In this document: positions 1-10,384 of the stretch, piece after piece
How positions within the stretch are numbered: position 1 is the stretch's first letter
Layout of the letters: every line of letters starts with the position of its first letter
Source: an uncultured Gemmatimonadales bacterium
Lineage (GTDB): Bacteria; Gemmatimonadota; Gemmatimonadetes; Gemmatimonadales; GWC2-71-9
Assembly (NCBI GenBank): GCA_963844035.1
Contig: CAWJMT010000005.1
Span: 128,001 to 192,000, forward strand
Length of the DNA: 64,000 nt
Reading direction: 5' to 3'
Made by a program: the position numbers and the translations under genes
The notes under the pieces: model-generated
What the model was told of the DNA's origin: nothing
The model's input: only the letters and a program-made list of their open reading frames with translations
Databases searched by the model: none

Positions 1-752
1 TCGGCGTGATCCGATCCGGCAACGAAGACAACTACATCGTTGTGCCCGAGCGCGGGATTTTCGTGGTCGCGGACGGGATGGGGGGGCACGCGGCGGGTGA
101 GGTCGCGAGCGAGATGGCGGTCCACTACATGACGCGGGAGCTCGGTTCCCTGTGGAGTCTGGGCGACGAGCAGGTGGCTGAGCGGATGCGCGGGGCGATC
201 CGCGCCGCGAATGGGGCGATCTTCCAGCGCACGCTCACCGAGATCGACAAGCGGGGCATGGGCACGACCGTCACGGCTCTGGCGCTATACGGCACGCGGT
301 TCCTGGTTGGGCAGGTGGGGGACAGCCGGGCGTACCTGTTCCGCGACGGCGCGCTTACGCAGATCACCAAGGATCACTCGTACGTCCAGGAGCAGGTGGA
401 CGCCGGGTACCTCACGCCCGAGCAGGCGCGCTCCCATCCCTACAGCAACGTGATCACCCGCTGCGTCGGCGCGAACAGCGACGTGGTGCCCGATGTATAT
501 GCGGGGGCGGTGCGGCTGCGGGACCTGTTTCTCCTCGCGTCCGACGGGCTCACCGGGATGCTCGACGATCCGGAGCTGGCCAAGGTGCTCATGTCGGATC
601 GGACGCTGGCGGAAAAGGTCGACGATTTGATCAACGCCGCCAATCGTAACGGCGGACTCGACAACATTACGGCCATCGTCGTGCGCGTCGACTCCGTCGA
701 CACACCGAGCGGCGGGGCGTCCAAGACCCAGCCTATCCCCGCACGGAACTAA
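1..752 (+). CDS. PP2C-family Ser/Thr protein phosphatase (Stp1/PrpC-like), 5' end outside window
   Basis: Motifs RxxNED, VADGMGGH, GMGTT, GDSRAY, LASDGL, DNIT. Confidence 0.93.
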   Translation, partial: GVIRSGNEDNYIVVPERGIFVVADGMGGHAAGEVASEMAVHYMTRELGSLWSLGDEQVAERMRGAIRAANGAIFQRTLTEIDKRGMGTTVTALALYGTRFLVGQVGDSRAYLFRDGALTQITKDHSYVQEQVDAGYLTPEQARSHPYSNVITRCVGANSDVVPDVYAGAVRLRDLFLLASDGLTGMLDDPELAKVLMSDRTLAEKVDDLINAANRNGGLDNITAIVVRVDSVDTPSGGASKTQPIPARN

Positions 753-2012
753 TCAGACTCCGTTCCGCGGCGAGTCGGGCGCTCACCTCGTCGCCGGGGA
801 GCATGATCAAATCCACGACGGCCTGCATCGGCACGCGCACCGGCCGCAGCACGAATACACGCAACCACCTGGCGCTGCGGTACAGCTCTCCGGCCACCCG
901 CGGCAGGCCGAGGTGCGCCGTCGCATCGGCGCCCGCGAGCTGAGTCACCGAGCCGTCCCGCTTCACCAGCGGCAGGTCGAGCGCCAGCATCTCCCGCTTG
1001 GCCGGGAAGTCCAGAAACAACTCCCCCGGCGCCAGTCCCAGCTCCTGAGCCAGGCGGTCTTCCACACGCATGCACAACGCGGGATCGCTGCCCGGCCACG
1101 CGGCGGTGTCGGCGGGGAGATCGGTCGCGGGGATGTCGAGTGCGCGCTTGGCGAGGCGGCGTTCCCGTAAGCCTGCGCCAGGCCCGTGACGTCTTCACGC
1201 TGCAGCTCGTGGATCAAGCCATCGTCGGTGGCGAGGGCGACGTCTCCCAGGCGGAGCCGCTGCGCCGCGAGTGCCGTCAGCACCAGCCGCTTGAACATCG
1301 CCGTGGCGCTGCGAACGGCATGGTGCCAGTACACGTTGCGGTACATCTGGTACTTGGCGAACAGCAGGGATTCGAGCGCCGACAGGCCTTTGTCGTGCAA
1401 CGCGAGCACCGGCCCCGCGGGTCCGGGGACGAACGTCAGAGACGTGAGCAGCCGCTCGACGTCGATGACGCCGTAGGGGACCCCGCACATCCAGGCGTCG
1501 CGCGACAGGTAGTCCAGCTTGTCCACGTCGAGCGAGCCCGACACGAGCCCCGCGAGCGGGCCGTCGCTCGTGCCTTGAATCAACGGCAGCAACGTCTCGG
1601 CCGGTGCGCCTAAACGCTCGAGGCGCAGCGCCAGATCTCCCGCCCCGAGATGGCGTGCGGCCAGGGATTCGTGGCGCGGCAAGCCCGCCTCCTCGAGCGC
1701 GTGGGAGAAGGGGTAGTGTCCGATGTCGTGGAGGAGCGCCGCGAGCTTGAGGCGCAGCACGGTTGCCGGGTCGAGCGCCGGACCGTCCGCCGTTTCCTCG
1801 AGGTGCGCGAGGACGCGGCGGGCCAGATGGTAGGTCCCCAGCGCGTGCTCGAACCGGGTGTGCGTGGCGCCGGGGTAGACGAGGAAGGCATGTCCGAGCT
1901 GGCGCACGTAGCGCAGGCGTTGCACCGCGGGGGTATCCACCACGGCGAGCGCCTCGGCATCGAGCCGAATGTTGTTCCACAACGGGTCGCGGACGACCTC
2001 GAACCGCGTCAC
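733..2012 (-). CDS. HD-domain phosphohydrolase (dNTPase/SAMHD1-like); frameshifted near 3' end
   Basis: RLRYVRQLG, HTRFEHALG, LLHDIGHYPFSH, DVDKLDYLSRD, MYRNVYWH; C-terminus continues in ORFs ending at 733. Confidence 0.85.
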
Positions 2013-3582
2013 GCGCGCGGGCCGGCGTCCCGCACGGCTGCCGGCGCCGCGATGTGCTCGAAGTTCTCCCGGAACAGGTGCGCCACGCGCGCCGCCTGCG
2101 CGTCGTAGGCCGCAGGGTCCGTCCACGTGCGCCGCGGATCCAGCATCTCGGCGGGCACCCCCGGGACCGCGCGTGGGATCGCGAGCCCAAAGACGGGCTC
2201 CGGCACCGTCGGCGTGCCTTCGAGCGCTCCCGACACGGCGGCGCGCACGATGGCGCGGGTCAGCTCGAGCGGAATGCGCTTACCCACACCGTAGGGACCG
2301 CCGGTCCAGCCGGTGTTCACGAGCCAGATCGCTCACGCCGTGCCGGGCGACCTTGTCGCCCAGCATGTTCGCGTACACCATCGCGTCGAGCGGCAGAAAC
2401 GGGGCGCCAAAGCAGGTGGAGAACGTGGCGGCCGGCTCGGTCACGCCCGCGCTCGGTCCCCGCGATCTTGGCCGTGTACCCGGACAGGAAGTGGTACAGG
2501 GTCTGATCGCTCGACAGGCGCGCGACGGGCGGCATGACACCGTACGCGTCGCACGTCAGGAACACGATCGGAGGACGGGTGACCGGCCATGCCGCTCGCC
2601 ACATGGTTCGGGACCACGTCGAGCGGGTACGCACGCGCGCGTGTTCTCCGTGATGGCGGCGGAGTCGAAGTCCACCGCGCCGGTCGCGGGATCCACGACG
2701 ACGTTCTCGAGCACGGTCCCGAAGATCCTGGCGGCCGCGTAGATCGTGGGCTCGCGCGTGGGCGAGAGCCCGATCGCCTTGGCGTAGCAGCCGCCCTCGA
2801 AATTGAACACGCCCTGGTCGCTCCAGCCGTGCTCGTCATCGCCGATCAGGGCACGCTCCGGATCGGTGGAGAGCGTGGTCTTGCCGGTTCCGGAGAGTCC
2901 GAAGAACAGCGCCACGTCCCCTCCGGTCCCGCGCGTGGCCGCGCAGTGCATCGGCAGCACGCCGTGGGCTGGGAGCAGGTAGTTGAGTGTCGTGAACACC
3001 GCCTTCTTCAATTCCCCCGCGTAGCGGGTTCCGCCGATCAGGATCGTGTGCGCGGCGAAGTGGATGACCACAAAGGTGCCGGACCTGGTGCCGTGCCGCG
3101 CTGGATCGGCCTGCAGCTCCGGCGCGTGAAGAATGTGCCACTCAGGCGTGAACGTCGGGAGGTCGGCGGCAGCCGGGCGGCGCAACATGTTGGACACGAA
3201 CAGCGCGTGCCAGGCGTTCGGGGTCACGAGCCGAATCGCGGTGCGGTACCGCGGGTCCACGCCGGCGAATACGTCGAGCACGAACAGCTCCTGTCCGTTC
3301 AGGTGCCGCACCACGTGCTCGCGCAGCCGCGCGAAGTGGTCCGGGCGCCATCGGCTGATTCACCGGACTCCAGTGCACGCGCTCGTTCGACTCGGGGTCG
3401 CGCACGATGAACTTGTCGCCGGGGCTGCGGCCGGTGTGAGGCGCGGTCACGACGCAGAGGGCTCCGTCCTCCGCAACCACGCCCTCGCCGCGACGCACCG
3501 CGTGAGCGTGCAGCTCGGCGGCCGCTTCGTTCCAGTGAAGCGCCCCCCGGGGTGCGAGTCCGGCGTCGAGGAGCGACGTCAT
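2009..3582 (-). CDS. pckA: Phosphoenolpyruvate carboxykinase (ATP); several apparent frameshifts
   Basis: [62 protein letters not shown] across consecutive frames. Confidence 0.92.
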
Positions 3583-4239
3583 TGTGGCGGCGGCGCCACT
3601 GTTGCGGCGGTGTGATAGAGGACTTCCACGGTGCGGCGGTCGGCGCTGCTCGGGGCGTAGACCGTCGGCGTCTGGTTCATGATGTCGAGCGGGGCCGGGC
3701 TGTGCTTGAGCAACCCGAGTGCATGGCCAAGCTCGTGCACCGCCACGCGTTGCAGGCAGGCGGCGACCTGGGCCGGGGTATAGCCCGCGAGCGTGCCCAG
3801 GGTCACCCGGACCGCCCGTCCGGGGCGCCGAACCGCTCACCCACGACGGGTAGTCGGTTGGCCCGGCGCAGGCCGTGACCGGCGGACCGGGATCGGGCGG
3901 CACGTCTGGAGGGACCCACTCGCCCACTGCACGATCACGTCCGCCTGGCTCGAGTCGGTACACCGCCACTCCGCCGCAACTCGCCGTACAGGAACTGTGC
4001 CTCCCACGCCTCAATACCCAGCGTCACGAGCGATGGGCATCGCGCCCTCGCGGGTCGGCGTAGAAGCGCACGGGCAGCGCCGTGGCGGGCCAGTGGAACA
4101 CGAGGATGTCGGGCGGGACGGTGTCGGCAAAGTCGTAGGTGCATCCCGGACAATCGCGCACCGGGGTGGACGGGCTCGCAGCGGCCGCGACCACGGCGGC
4201 GCCGAGCAGGATCGCGGCTACGCGGCACGCCCGGGTCAT
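3579..4239 (-). CDS. Secreted matrixin-family zinc metalloprotease; frameshifted
   Basis: N-terminal hydrophobic signal (ORF 4024..4239); HELGHALGLLKHS zinc motif and Met-turn (DIM) in ORF 3579..3806. Confidence 0.75.
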
Positions 4240-4860
4240 TGGCCCGCGCGTCCGTGCGCGCGCACGGTGAGCGCCACGCGGTGGACGGTCTGAGAGGACG
4301 TCGAATCCCTCGTCGCGCAGGGCGGGCGTCGTGAAGCCATGGATGTCGTAGCGGAGCTTCGACGGCGCATCCGAACCGCCTGCCGACCGGCAGCGTGTGG
4401 GCGAGTGCGAGCGTTCCGAGGCCCGCGAGGATCCGCTTCCCAGGCGGAACAGGCCGGTCTCCTCGGCCGGGAAGTACTTGATCCCGCCGACGCCGATCCA
4501 GGTGGAGAAGCCCCGCGGGCAGCGCGCGCTCCAGGCCGACGGTGAATGCCGCGGTGCTCACCCGGCCGAGTGCGACGCTCGAGCCGTCGGCCTCATGCCG
4601 CTGGAGCTCGCCACTCGAAAAATCGACGGCGACACGCGCGGCCCAACTGCTGTCGAGCGGCACGACCAGCGCGACTGCGACGACGGGGGCGAGGGCGGGG
4701 CGTACGTCGAACGGCGTCACGATCGAATCGTGCACCAAGCGCGGTGCTGTAGCGCGCACCGGCGGAGATCTCCACCATCAAGTTGGCCGGTCCCCGGCCT
4801 CGGCGCGAACGCGCAGAGCGCCGCGACGAGCAGGACCACCGCGTTCCTGCGGCGTAACAA
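4236..4860 (-). CDS. Hypothetical secreted/outer-membrane beta-barrel-like protein; frameshifted
   Basis: Signal-like N-terminus followed by amphipathic beta segments (ISAGARYST, ARVAVDFS, AFTVGLER); fills the operon gap. Confidence 0.5.
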
Positions 4861-4864
4861 TCCT

Positions 4865-5699
4865 CTACGTCCTCCTCACGACCACGAATCCGCTCACGAC
4901 GGCCAGCAGCAACCCGCACGCACACACGATCGCCGCGCCCGTCGGCAAATCTAGCCGGTACGACGCCCACAGTCCCAGCAAGCTCGCGGCCGTCGCGATC
5001 CCGAACCCGATCAGCAGCCGTCCCATCCACCGTTGCGCCAGCATGACCCCGCACACGGCGGGCACGATCAGGTACGCAAACGTGAGCAGGACGCCCGCGA
5101 TCGCGCACGAAACTCACGACCACCAGCGCAAACGCGGCGTAGAACAGGAAGTCCCACAGCCGCACGTGCAGCCCTTGCTGGTACGCCTGCTGGTGGTCGG
5201 ACGAAATCAGGGCGAAGCGGCGGTGGAAGGCGCCGAAGAACGCGGCCAGCACCGCGAAGAGGGCGGCACGCTGGCCGACTTCGGCGCCGGTCACGTTGAG
5301 AATATCGCCGGTCAGGAGGTGCTCGAGCTCCTCCTTGCCCCCGGCGACCCGGCTCAGCAGCAGGATCACCCCGGCGGCGGCGACCACGAACGTGATGCCG
5401 ATGATCGCCTCCTGCGGGACCTGGTGCTTCTCGCTGCTCCGGGACCAGCTGAAGAGCGCCGCCGCGGCAAACGTCACGCCGAGCGAAATCCAGAACGTGA
5501 TGCGATCATCGAAGTGGTACCCCAGGATCAGCGCGACGCAGGTACCCAGCGTGGCCACCTGGGCGAGCGCGAGGTCCACAAAGATCACTTCGCGCTTCAC
5601 CACGTGCAGGCCGAGATAGACCAGCAGGGGCGGCAGGATCAGGCACGCCGCCAACGGCCACTTCATCACCGCCCAGACGACTTGGAAGTCCACGGGCAT
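4865..5699 (-). CDS. Metal (Mn/Zn) ABC transporter permease, ABC-3 family; one frameshift
   Basis: LGLHVVKREVIFVDLALAQ, EAIIG, LLTGDIL, DLPTGAAIV. Confidence 0.85.
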
Positions 5700-6628
5700 C
5701 ACTTGGTCCCTCCCAGGGCGGCCGCCAGGGTGCGCACGATGTAGTCCATCAGGTCGAAGTAGGTCTCGGTGCCCGGGATGGCGCCGGGCTGCTGCGGAAT
5801 GTCCAGGACCTGCGCGTCGGTCTGCCGCGCCACCGTTTCCGCGGTCTTGCGATTCTGGAATGGTTGCACGAGGATCACCCGCGCCTTTTCGGCCTTCATC
5901 TTCGCGATCACCTTCGCCAGATGCGGCGGGCGACGGCGCGATGCCCGGCTTTGGCTCGAGCGTCTCGACGATCTCCAGGTTGAACCGCTCCGCGAGGTAG
6001 ACGAAGTCCTTGTGGTAGGTGACGATCTTCGCCCCACGATACGGAGCCAGCTGCTTTTGCCAGTCCGCGAGCTTCGCGTCGAGCGTCGCGTTGAACGTCT
6101 GGAGGTTGGCCTTGAACAAGCTCGGCGTCTGCCGGATCCACCTGGGCAAGGTGGTCGGCAATCTGGCGGACGATCAGCTTGACGTTGACCGGGTCGATCA
6201 GGAAGTGCGGATTGCCGAGCGCGTGCACGTCGCCCATGGAGCGGTCCAGCGTGCTTGGCACTTCGAGCAACGTCACTCCTTGGGACGCGGAGATCCGTCC
6301 CGGCGCGCCGGCGGCGATCTTGTCGTTGCGCGCGCTCTCGAGCAGCGGCGGCAGCCAGCCGATCTCGAGCTCCGCGCCGCCCTCGATCAGCACATCGGCG
6401 CGGTTCAGCGTCACGATGTGGCTGGGCTTGGCGTCCACGAAATGCGGATCTTCGGTGGGTTTGGCGAGCGCTTTGACGTCGACGGCACTCCCGCCGATGG
6501 CGCGGGCCAGCGCGGCCAGGTCGGGCGTCGTGGCGACCACGTTGAGTTGGCGCGCGGGGGGCGTACTCGCACCCAGCGATGCCATCAGCGAGACGGCCGT
6601 GCAGGTCCGCAGGATCCATGATGGTCAT
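5699..6628 (-). CDS. Metal ABC transporter substrate-binding protein (ZnuA/TroA type); frameshifted
   Basis: VVATTPDL, EDPHFVDAKPS, GDVHALGNPHF, TYHKDFVY, EPKPGIAP. Confidence 0.88.
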   Translation of the reverse strand: MTIMDPADLHGRLADGIAGCEYAPRAPTQRGRHDARPGRAGPRHRRECRRRQSARQTHRRSAFRGRQAQPHRDAEPRRCADRGRRGARDRLAAAAARERAQRQDRRRRAGTDLRVPRSDVARSAKHAGPLHGRRARARQSALPDRPGQRQADRPPDCRPPCPGGSGRRRACSRPTSRRSTRRSTRSSRTGKSSWLRIVGRRSSPTTRTSSTSRSGSTWRSSRRSSQSRASRRRPPHLAKVIAKMKAEKARVILVQPFQNRKTAETVARQTDAQVLDIPQQPGAIPGTETYFDLMDYIVRTLAAALGGTK

Positions 6629-6643
6629 GGGAGGTTCTCGCCT

Positions 6644-7855
6644 CTAGAACTTGTGAGCGGCGTGTGCGCCGAGGAGGAACTCGATTTGCAGCCAGACCGA
6701 GTGGTCGACGCCGAGTCCCTCGCGATGGTCGAGGTTGTACTGCAGCCGCACTTTCGAGAACTCGCTCGGATACCAGGTCACGTTGGGCGACACGCGATAG
6801 CGGTCGGCGCGCAGCTCCGAGTCGAAAGAGGCGGTGTCGCCGCCCGCGAACTCCCCCCGCAGACCCTGCCACGAGCAGCGGCTTGATTCCCCACAGGACC
6901 TGCGCGTATGCACCGCCGTCACGCAGCGTCTCCTCGGGCAGCGTGACGATGGGATCGGCGGCCGACGGGCGCTGCTGCCGCGTCATAGCGGCGCGTGAGC
7001 GCCTCGGCTTGAAATGAGACGAAGGGGAATCCCTGATGCGCTTTCAGGGACTTCCATTTCCAGTACAGGTCGGCGCCGTACACCTGCGTTCCGGCATCGG
7101 GCCCGGAGTTGTTGGGGCCGAACGCTCCGGAGACTCCCATCACCAGGGTCTGCGTGGCGGTCACATCGAACGAGGTCGCGAGGCGCGGGACGATCAGCAG
7201 GTCGCCCACCGAGCGTACCGCGCGCTCGATCGGCTCACCGCCGTGGATCTCCTCCGATTCGTCCGACCGAAAGCTGTACGCCGTTCCGCCGGCGCTGTTG
7301 AACACGCCGACCATCGCCTCGGCGTACCACGGGGTGGGCGCGAGCCAGGACACCCGCATCCCTGGCTGCGCAGTCCCTCGGGGCCGAACATGCGATTGAG
7401 GACGAGCGGCTGGTCTGCAAACGCCCAGGCGTGGGGGTGCTGGGCGTTCTGGCGGCCGAACTCCGCAAAGAATTGGCCGCCCTTGAGCTGCAGGTTCGCC
7501 GGGGAGCGAGGTGGTCAGGAAATACATCTCTTCCAGCTCGACACCCGTTTCCCCTTTGTCATCCAGCTTGTAGACGATGTTGGCGAATCCCTTGAAGTGG
7601 GAGTCGACGGTACCGTCGAGCGCGAGCTCGCCGTTGGGGATCGAAAAGCCGCGCACCTTTGGGTCGTGGTCGCCGAGCTGCAGCGAGCCCACATCGGGCT
7701 CGGTCGACCAGCCGACGTCCGCCAGCCCGACGAAGCTGAGGTTCATGTAGGACCCGGCAGCACGGCCCGGAGCGGTGCGGCTGCTGCGCGACGGCCGCAC
7801 CCGCAGCACACAAGGCTACTGCCACCAGGATGGCGACGTAGGAAACGGGAGACAT
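6644..7855 (-). CDS. Outer-membrane metal receptor/porin-like beta-barrel; frameshifted
   Basis: Signal peptide, His-containing motifs (GDHDP, QHPHAW), C-terminus YPSEFSKVRLQY...LGAHAAHKF; lies upstream of the metal ABC genes. Confidence 0.7.
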
Positions 7856-7926
7856 GTCATCTCTCCTGTGTTCGCGATGTATGAGCATCCGCCCCCGCTC
7901 GTTCCGAGCAGCGGTGGCGCGCGATG

Positions 7927-7950
7927 TCGGGACCCCGCGCGGGGCCCCGA
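7927..7950 (-). promoter_or_regulatory. GC-rich stem-loop between the RAPP leader ORF and the receptor gene
   Basis: tcgggacccc-gcgc-ggggccccga inverted repeat; the single irregular pair is G-U on the minus-strand transcript. Confidence 0.55.
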
Positions 7951-7956
7951 GGTTGA

Positions 7957-8288
7957 CTAGGAGAGGTGGAGCGGTGGGGCGCGGGGCTGGGAGGCGACGT
8001 AGGTCGCGCTGCCCATCCCAACGTGTTGCAGCCAGCGGCGCGGGGTGCGCCGGGACCGATGCCCGCAGGGCGACCTTCAAAGGCCGGCGGGGGCGCCGTG
8101 AGCGAGTTGGCGTAGAGACACAGCGCGCAGCGCATCGCGTCGTGGATGACGACGCAGCTCGCATCGTGGTGCGCTTCGATGGTCGTCGGCGCGGTCTCGC
8201 GCTCTCCGGCGTGCGCCAACGGCACCGCCCCGCCCGCTACGAGCTGCAGCAACAGCAGCAGGGCGGAGATGGGAGTCCGGATTGGCAT
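7957..8288 (-). CDS. DUF2946-like leader protein (signal peptide, CxxC, C-terminal RAPP); reconstructed across frameshifts
   Basis: MPIRTPISALLLLLQLVAGGAVPLAHA...HHDASCVVIHDAMRCALC; an alternate frame ends SATYVASQPRAPPLHLS-TAG at 7957. Confidence 0.7.
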
Positions 8289-8320
8289 CAGTCGATCATT
8301 GCTCTTGACGGTCGTCCTTG

Positions 8321-9205
8321 TCAACGGGCGTTCACGCGCGCCGGGCGCGCGTAGGCACGCAGTCTCCTGAGCATGCGCCGGTCATGCCGCACCGGATCGT
8401 CCGCCTTCGGGGTCTCGATGATCTTGATGACCGAGGCGAGCCGGGGGTCGCGCATGATGCGGCGAAATGCCGCCGCGCCGATTTGCCCCTCGGCGATCCA
8501 CTCATGCCGGTCGAGGTGCGACCCCGGAGCCGCCTTGGAATCGTTCAAATGGAGACACTTGAGATGCGACAGGCCGATCTCGCGGTCGACCCGATCCCAC
8601 ACCCCCTCGACATCACCGGCCACATCATACCCCGCGGCGTGCAGATGAGCCGTGTCGAGGCAGAACCCCACGCGTGCGCGTACCGCGGCGGGCAGGGCAT
8701 CGCGCAGTGCCCGCAGCTCCTCGAACGTCGCTCCCAGGGCGGTCCCGGCGCCGGCCGTACCTTCGATCAGCACACCGACGTCGCCGGGCACGGCCGCGAG
8801 GCAGGCCGCGTATTCCCGCGCGTTCCGATCCAATCCCGCCGCGCGCTCGTCCATGAAGTTGCCGGGATGCGATACCACCCAGGGGATGCCGAGCGCCAGG
8901 CACCGGCTCAGCTCGCCGACGAAACATTGGGCGCTGCGCGCGCGCAGCACGGGGTCGGGCGAGGCGAGGTTGATCAGATAGCTGTCGTGCGACACGACGG
9001 CGTGCACGCCGCTCCGGGCGAGCGCCGCGCGGTACTCGGCGACGTGCGCCGCCGTGAGCGTCGGCTCGCGCCACTGGTTGGGTGTCTTGGTGAAGATCTG
9101 CATCGCGGTCGCGCCGATCGCCGCTGCGCGAGGAGGGGCGGTGGCCACGCCCCCCATGGTCGATACATGTGCACCGAGCAGGTCGGCGTGGCGCCGCCGG
9201 GTCAT
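8321..9205 (-). CDS. nfo: Endonuclease IV
   Basis: LGAHVS, QIFTK, HDSYLINLAS, HPG, CLDTAH, HLNDSK, DRHEWI, IETP. Confidence 0.95.
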   Translation of the reverse strand: MTRRRHADLLGAHVSTMGGVATAPPRAAAIGATAMQIFTKTPNQWREPTLTAAHVAEYRAALARSGVHAVVSHDSYLINLASPDPVLRARSAQCFVGELSRCLALGIPWVVSHPGNFMDERAAGLDRNAREYAACLAAVPGDVGVLIEGTAGAGTALGATFEELRALRDALPAAVRARVGFCLDTAHLHAAGYDVAGDVEGVWDRVDREIGLSHLKCLHLNDSKAAPGSHLDRHEWIAEGQIGAAAFRRIMRDPRLASVIKIIETPKADDPVRHDRRMLRRLRAYARPARVNAR

Positions 9206-9870
9206 TCTTGCTCGACGAATGCGTGGCGCGAGATGAGGGGCACGAACCGCACGCTCCCGGCGCTCCGCTCCTGCACCCCCTCGACGGTGCGGCGGTAGAC
9301 CACCAGGTCCTGCGCGCGGCGATCGCCGATCGGAATGACCATCCTGCCGCCGATGGCGAGCTGCTCCAGGAGCGGCGCCGGGGTTGCGGGTGCGGCGGCG
9401 GTGACGACGATGACGTCGAACGGTCCGGCATCCGGCCACCCGTGCGCGCCGTCCCCCAGCCGGGTCTCAATGTTGGTCAGTCCCAGCCGACGGAACCGCT
9501 CCTCGGCCTCCACCAGGAGGTCCGGGAGCCGCTCGATCGTGTACACGCGCCCCCCGGACGCCAGGCGGGCGAGAATGGCGGTCTGGTATCCCGTGCCGGT
9601 GCCGATCTCGAGGACGCGGTCGCGGCGTCGCGGGGCGACCCACGCGGTCATCAAGCCGACGATGTACGGTTGCGAGATCGTCTGCCCGCTCCCGATCGGG
9701 AGCGGGGTATCGGCGTACGCCTCGTGCTGCAAGTACGGGGGGAGGAACCACTCGCGCGGCACACGGGCCATGACGGCGAGTACGCGCCGGTTGCGAATTC
9801 TGCGCTTTGCGAGTTGCGTCACCACCATACGGCGGCGGTGCGCCCGTGTTTCCGGTGCGTGCACGCCCAT
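9202..9870 (-). CDS. pcm: Protein-L-isoaspartate O-methyltransferase
   Basis: AYADTPLPIGSGQTISQPY, VLEIGTGTGYQ, PFDVIVVTAA, VRFVPL. Confidence 0.95.
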   Translation of the reverse strand: MGVHAPETRAHRRRMVVTQLAKRRIRNRRVLAVMARVPREWFLPPYLQHEAYADTPLPIGSGQTISQPYIVGLMTAWVAPRRRDRVLEIGTGTGYQTAILARLASGGRVYTIERLPDLLVEAEERFRRLGLTNIETRLGDGAHGWPDAGPFDVIVVTAAAPATPAPLLEQLAIGGRMVIPIGDRRAQDLVVYRRTVEGVQERSAGSVRFVPLISRHAFVEQE

Positions 9871-9876
9871 CCTTGA

Positions 9877-9930
9877 AGGTGTGAGGTGTTAGGTGTCAGG
9901 TGTCAGAAATTCCCTGGCACCTGACACCTG
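9877..9930. repeat. (AGGTGTN)n heptamer array with inverted arm
   Basis: aggtgtg aggtgtt aggtgtc aggtgtc ... gcacctgacacctg. Confidence 0.8.
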
Positions 9931-9934
9931 TCTT

Positions 9935-10342
9935 TCAATTGCCGTTGCATCCGCGTTGCTCGGGGTGGTCACTGCAATCGCCACTTCCGCCCGGTAGCGG
10001 GGCCTGGGCACGACTTTGGCCGGTGCCTGAGACCGTGTACAGGACTCCGGCGAAGCCGACGACGAGACCGGCCGCCAGCAGCATCGTGCGTCCCGGAGCC
10101 GACTCGCGGACGTGCAGGTGCCGGATCTCTGCGGTCGGCAACTTCGTACGCTGGCTGCCGACGTACCCCACCAACGTGTCTCGCACCACCCTCGGCTCAT
10201 ACAGGAGGACGACGGAGTGGTCACTCTGCGTCACCCAAATACACTCAGGTGCTTGCTCCGGGATCTGTTGCAGGGTACGGGGCTTCATGGTCGTGCACGC
10301 AGTGCAACAGAGGAGTACCGCGGGGCCGATCAGTGGACGCAT
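9935..10342 (-). CDS. Hypothetical lipoprotein with C-terminal TM helix and Cys pair; paralog of 52624..53018
   Basis: Lipobox-like CCTAC, WVTQSDHSVV, DTLVGYV, TM segment, C-x8-C tail. Confidence 0.7.
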   Translation of the reverse strand: MRPLIGPAVLLCCTACTTMKPRTLQQIPEQAPECIWVTQSDHSVVLLYEPRVVRDTLVGYVGSQRTKLPTAEIRHLHVRESAPGRTMLLAAGLVVGFAGVLYTVSGTGQSRAQAPLPGGSGDCSDHPEQRGCNGN

Positions 10343-10384
10343 GTTCTCAAGTATACCGCAACTCCGCGCACCTGACACCTGCTG

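Noticed and set aside
4593..6161. SBP-permease fusion ORF
   Set aside because: Frameshift artefact; the SBP ends at 5699, where the permease starts.
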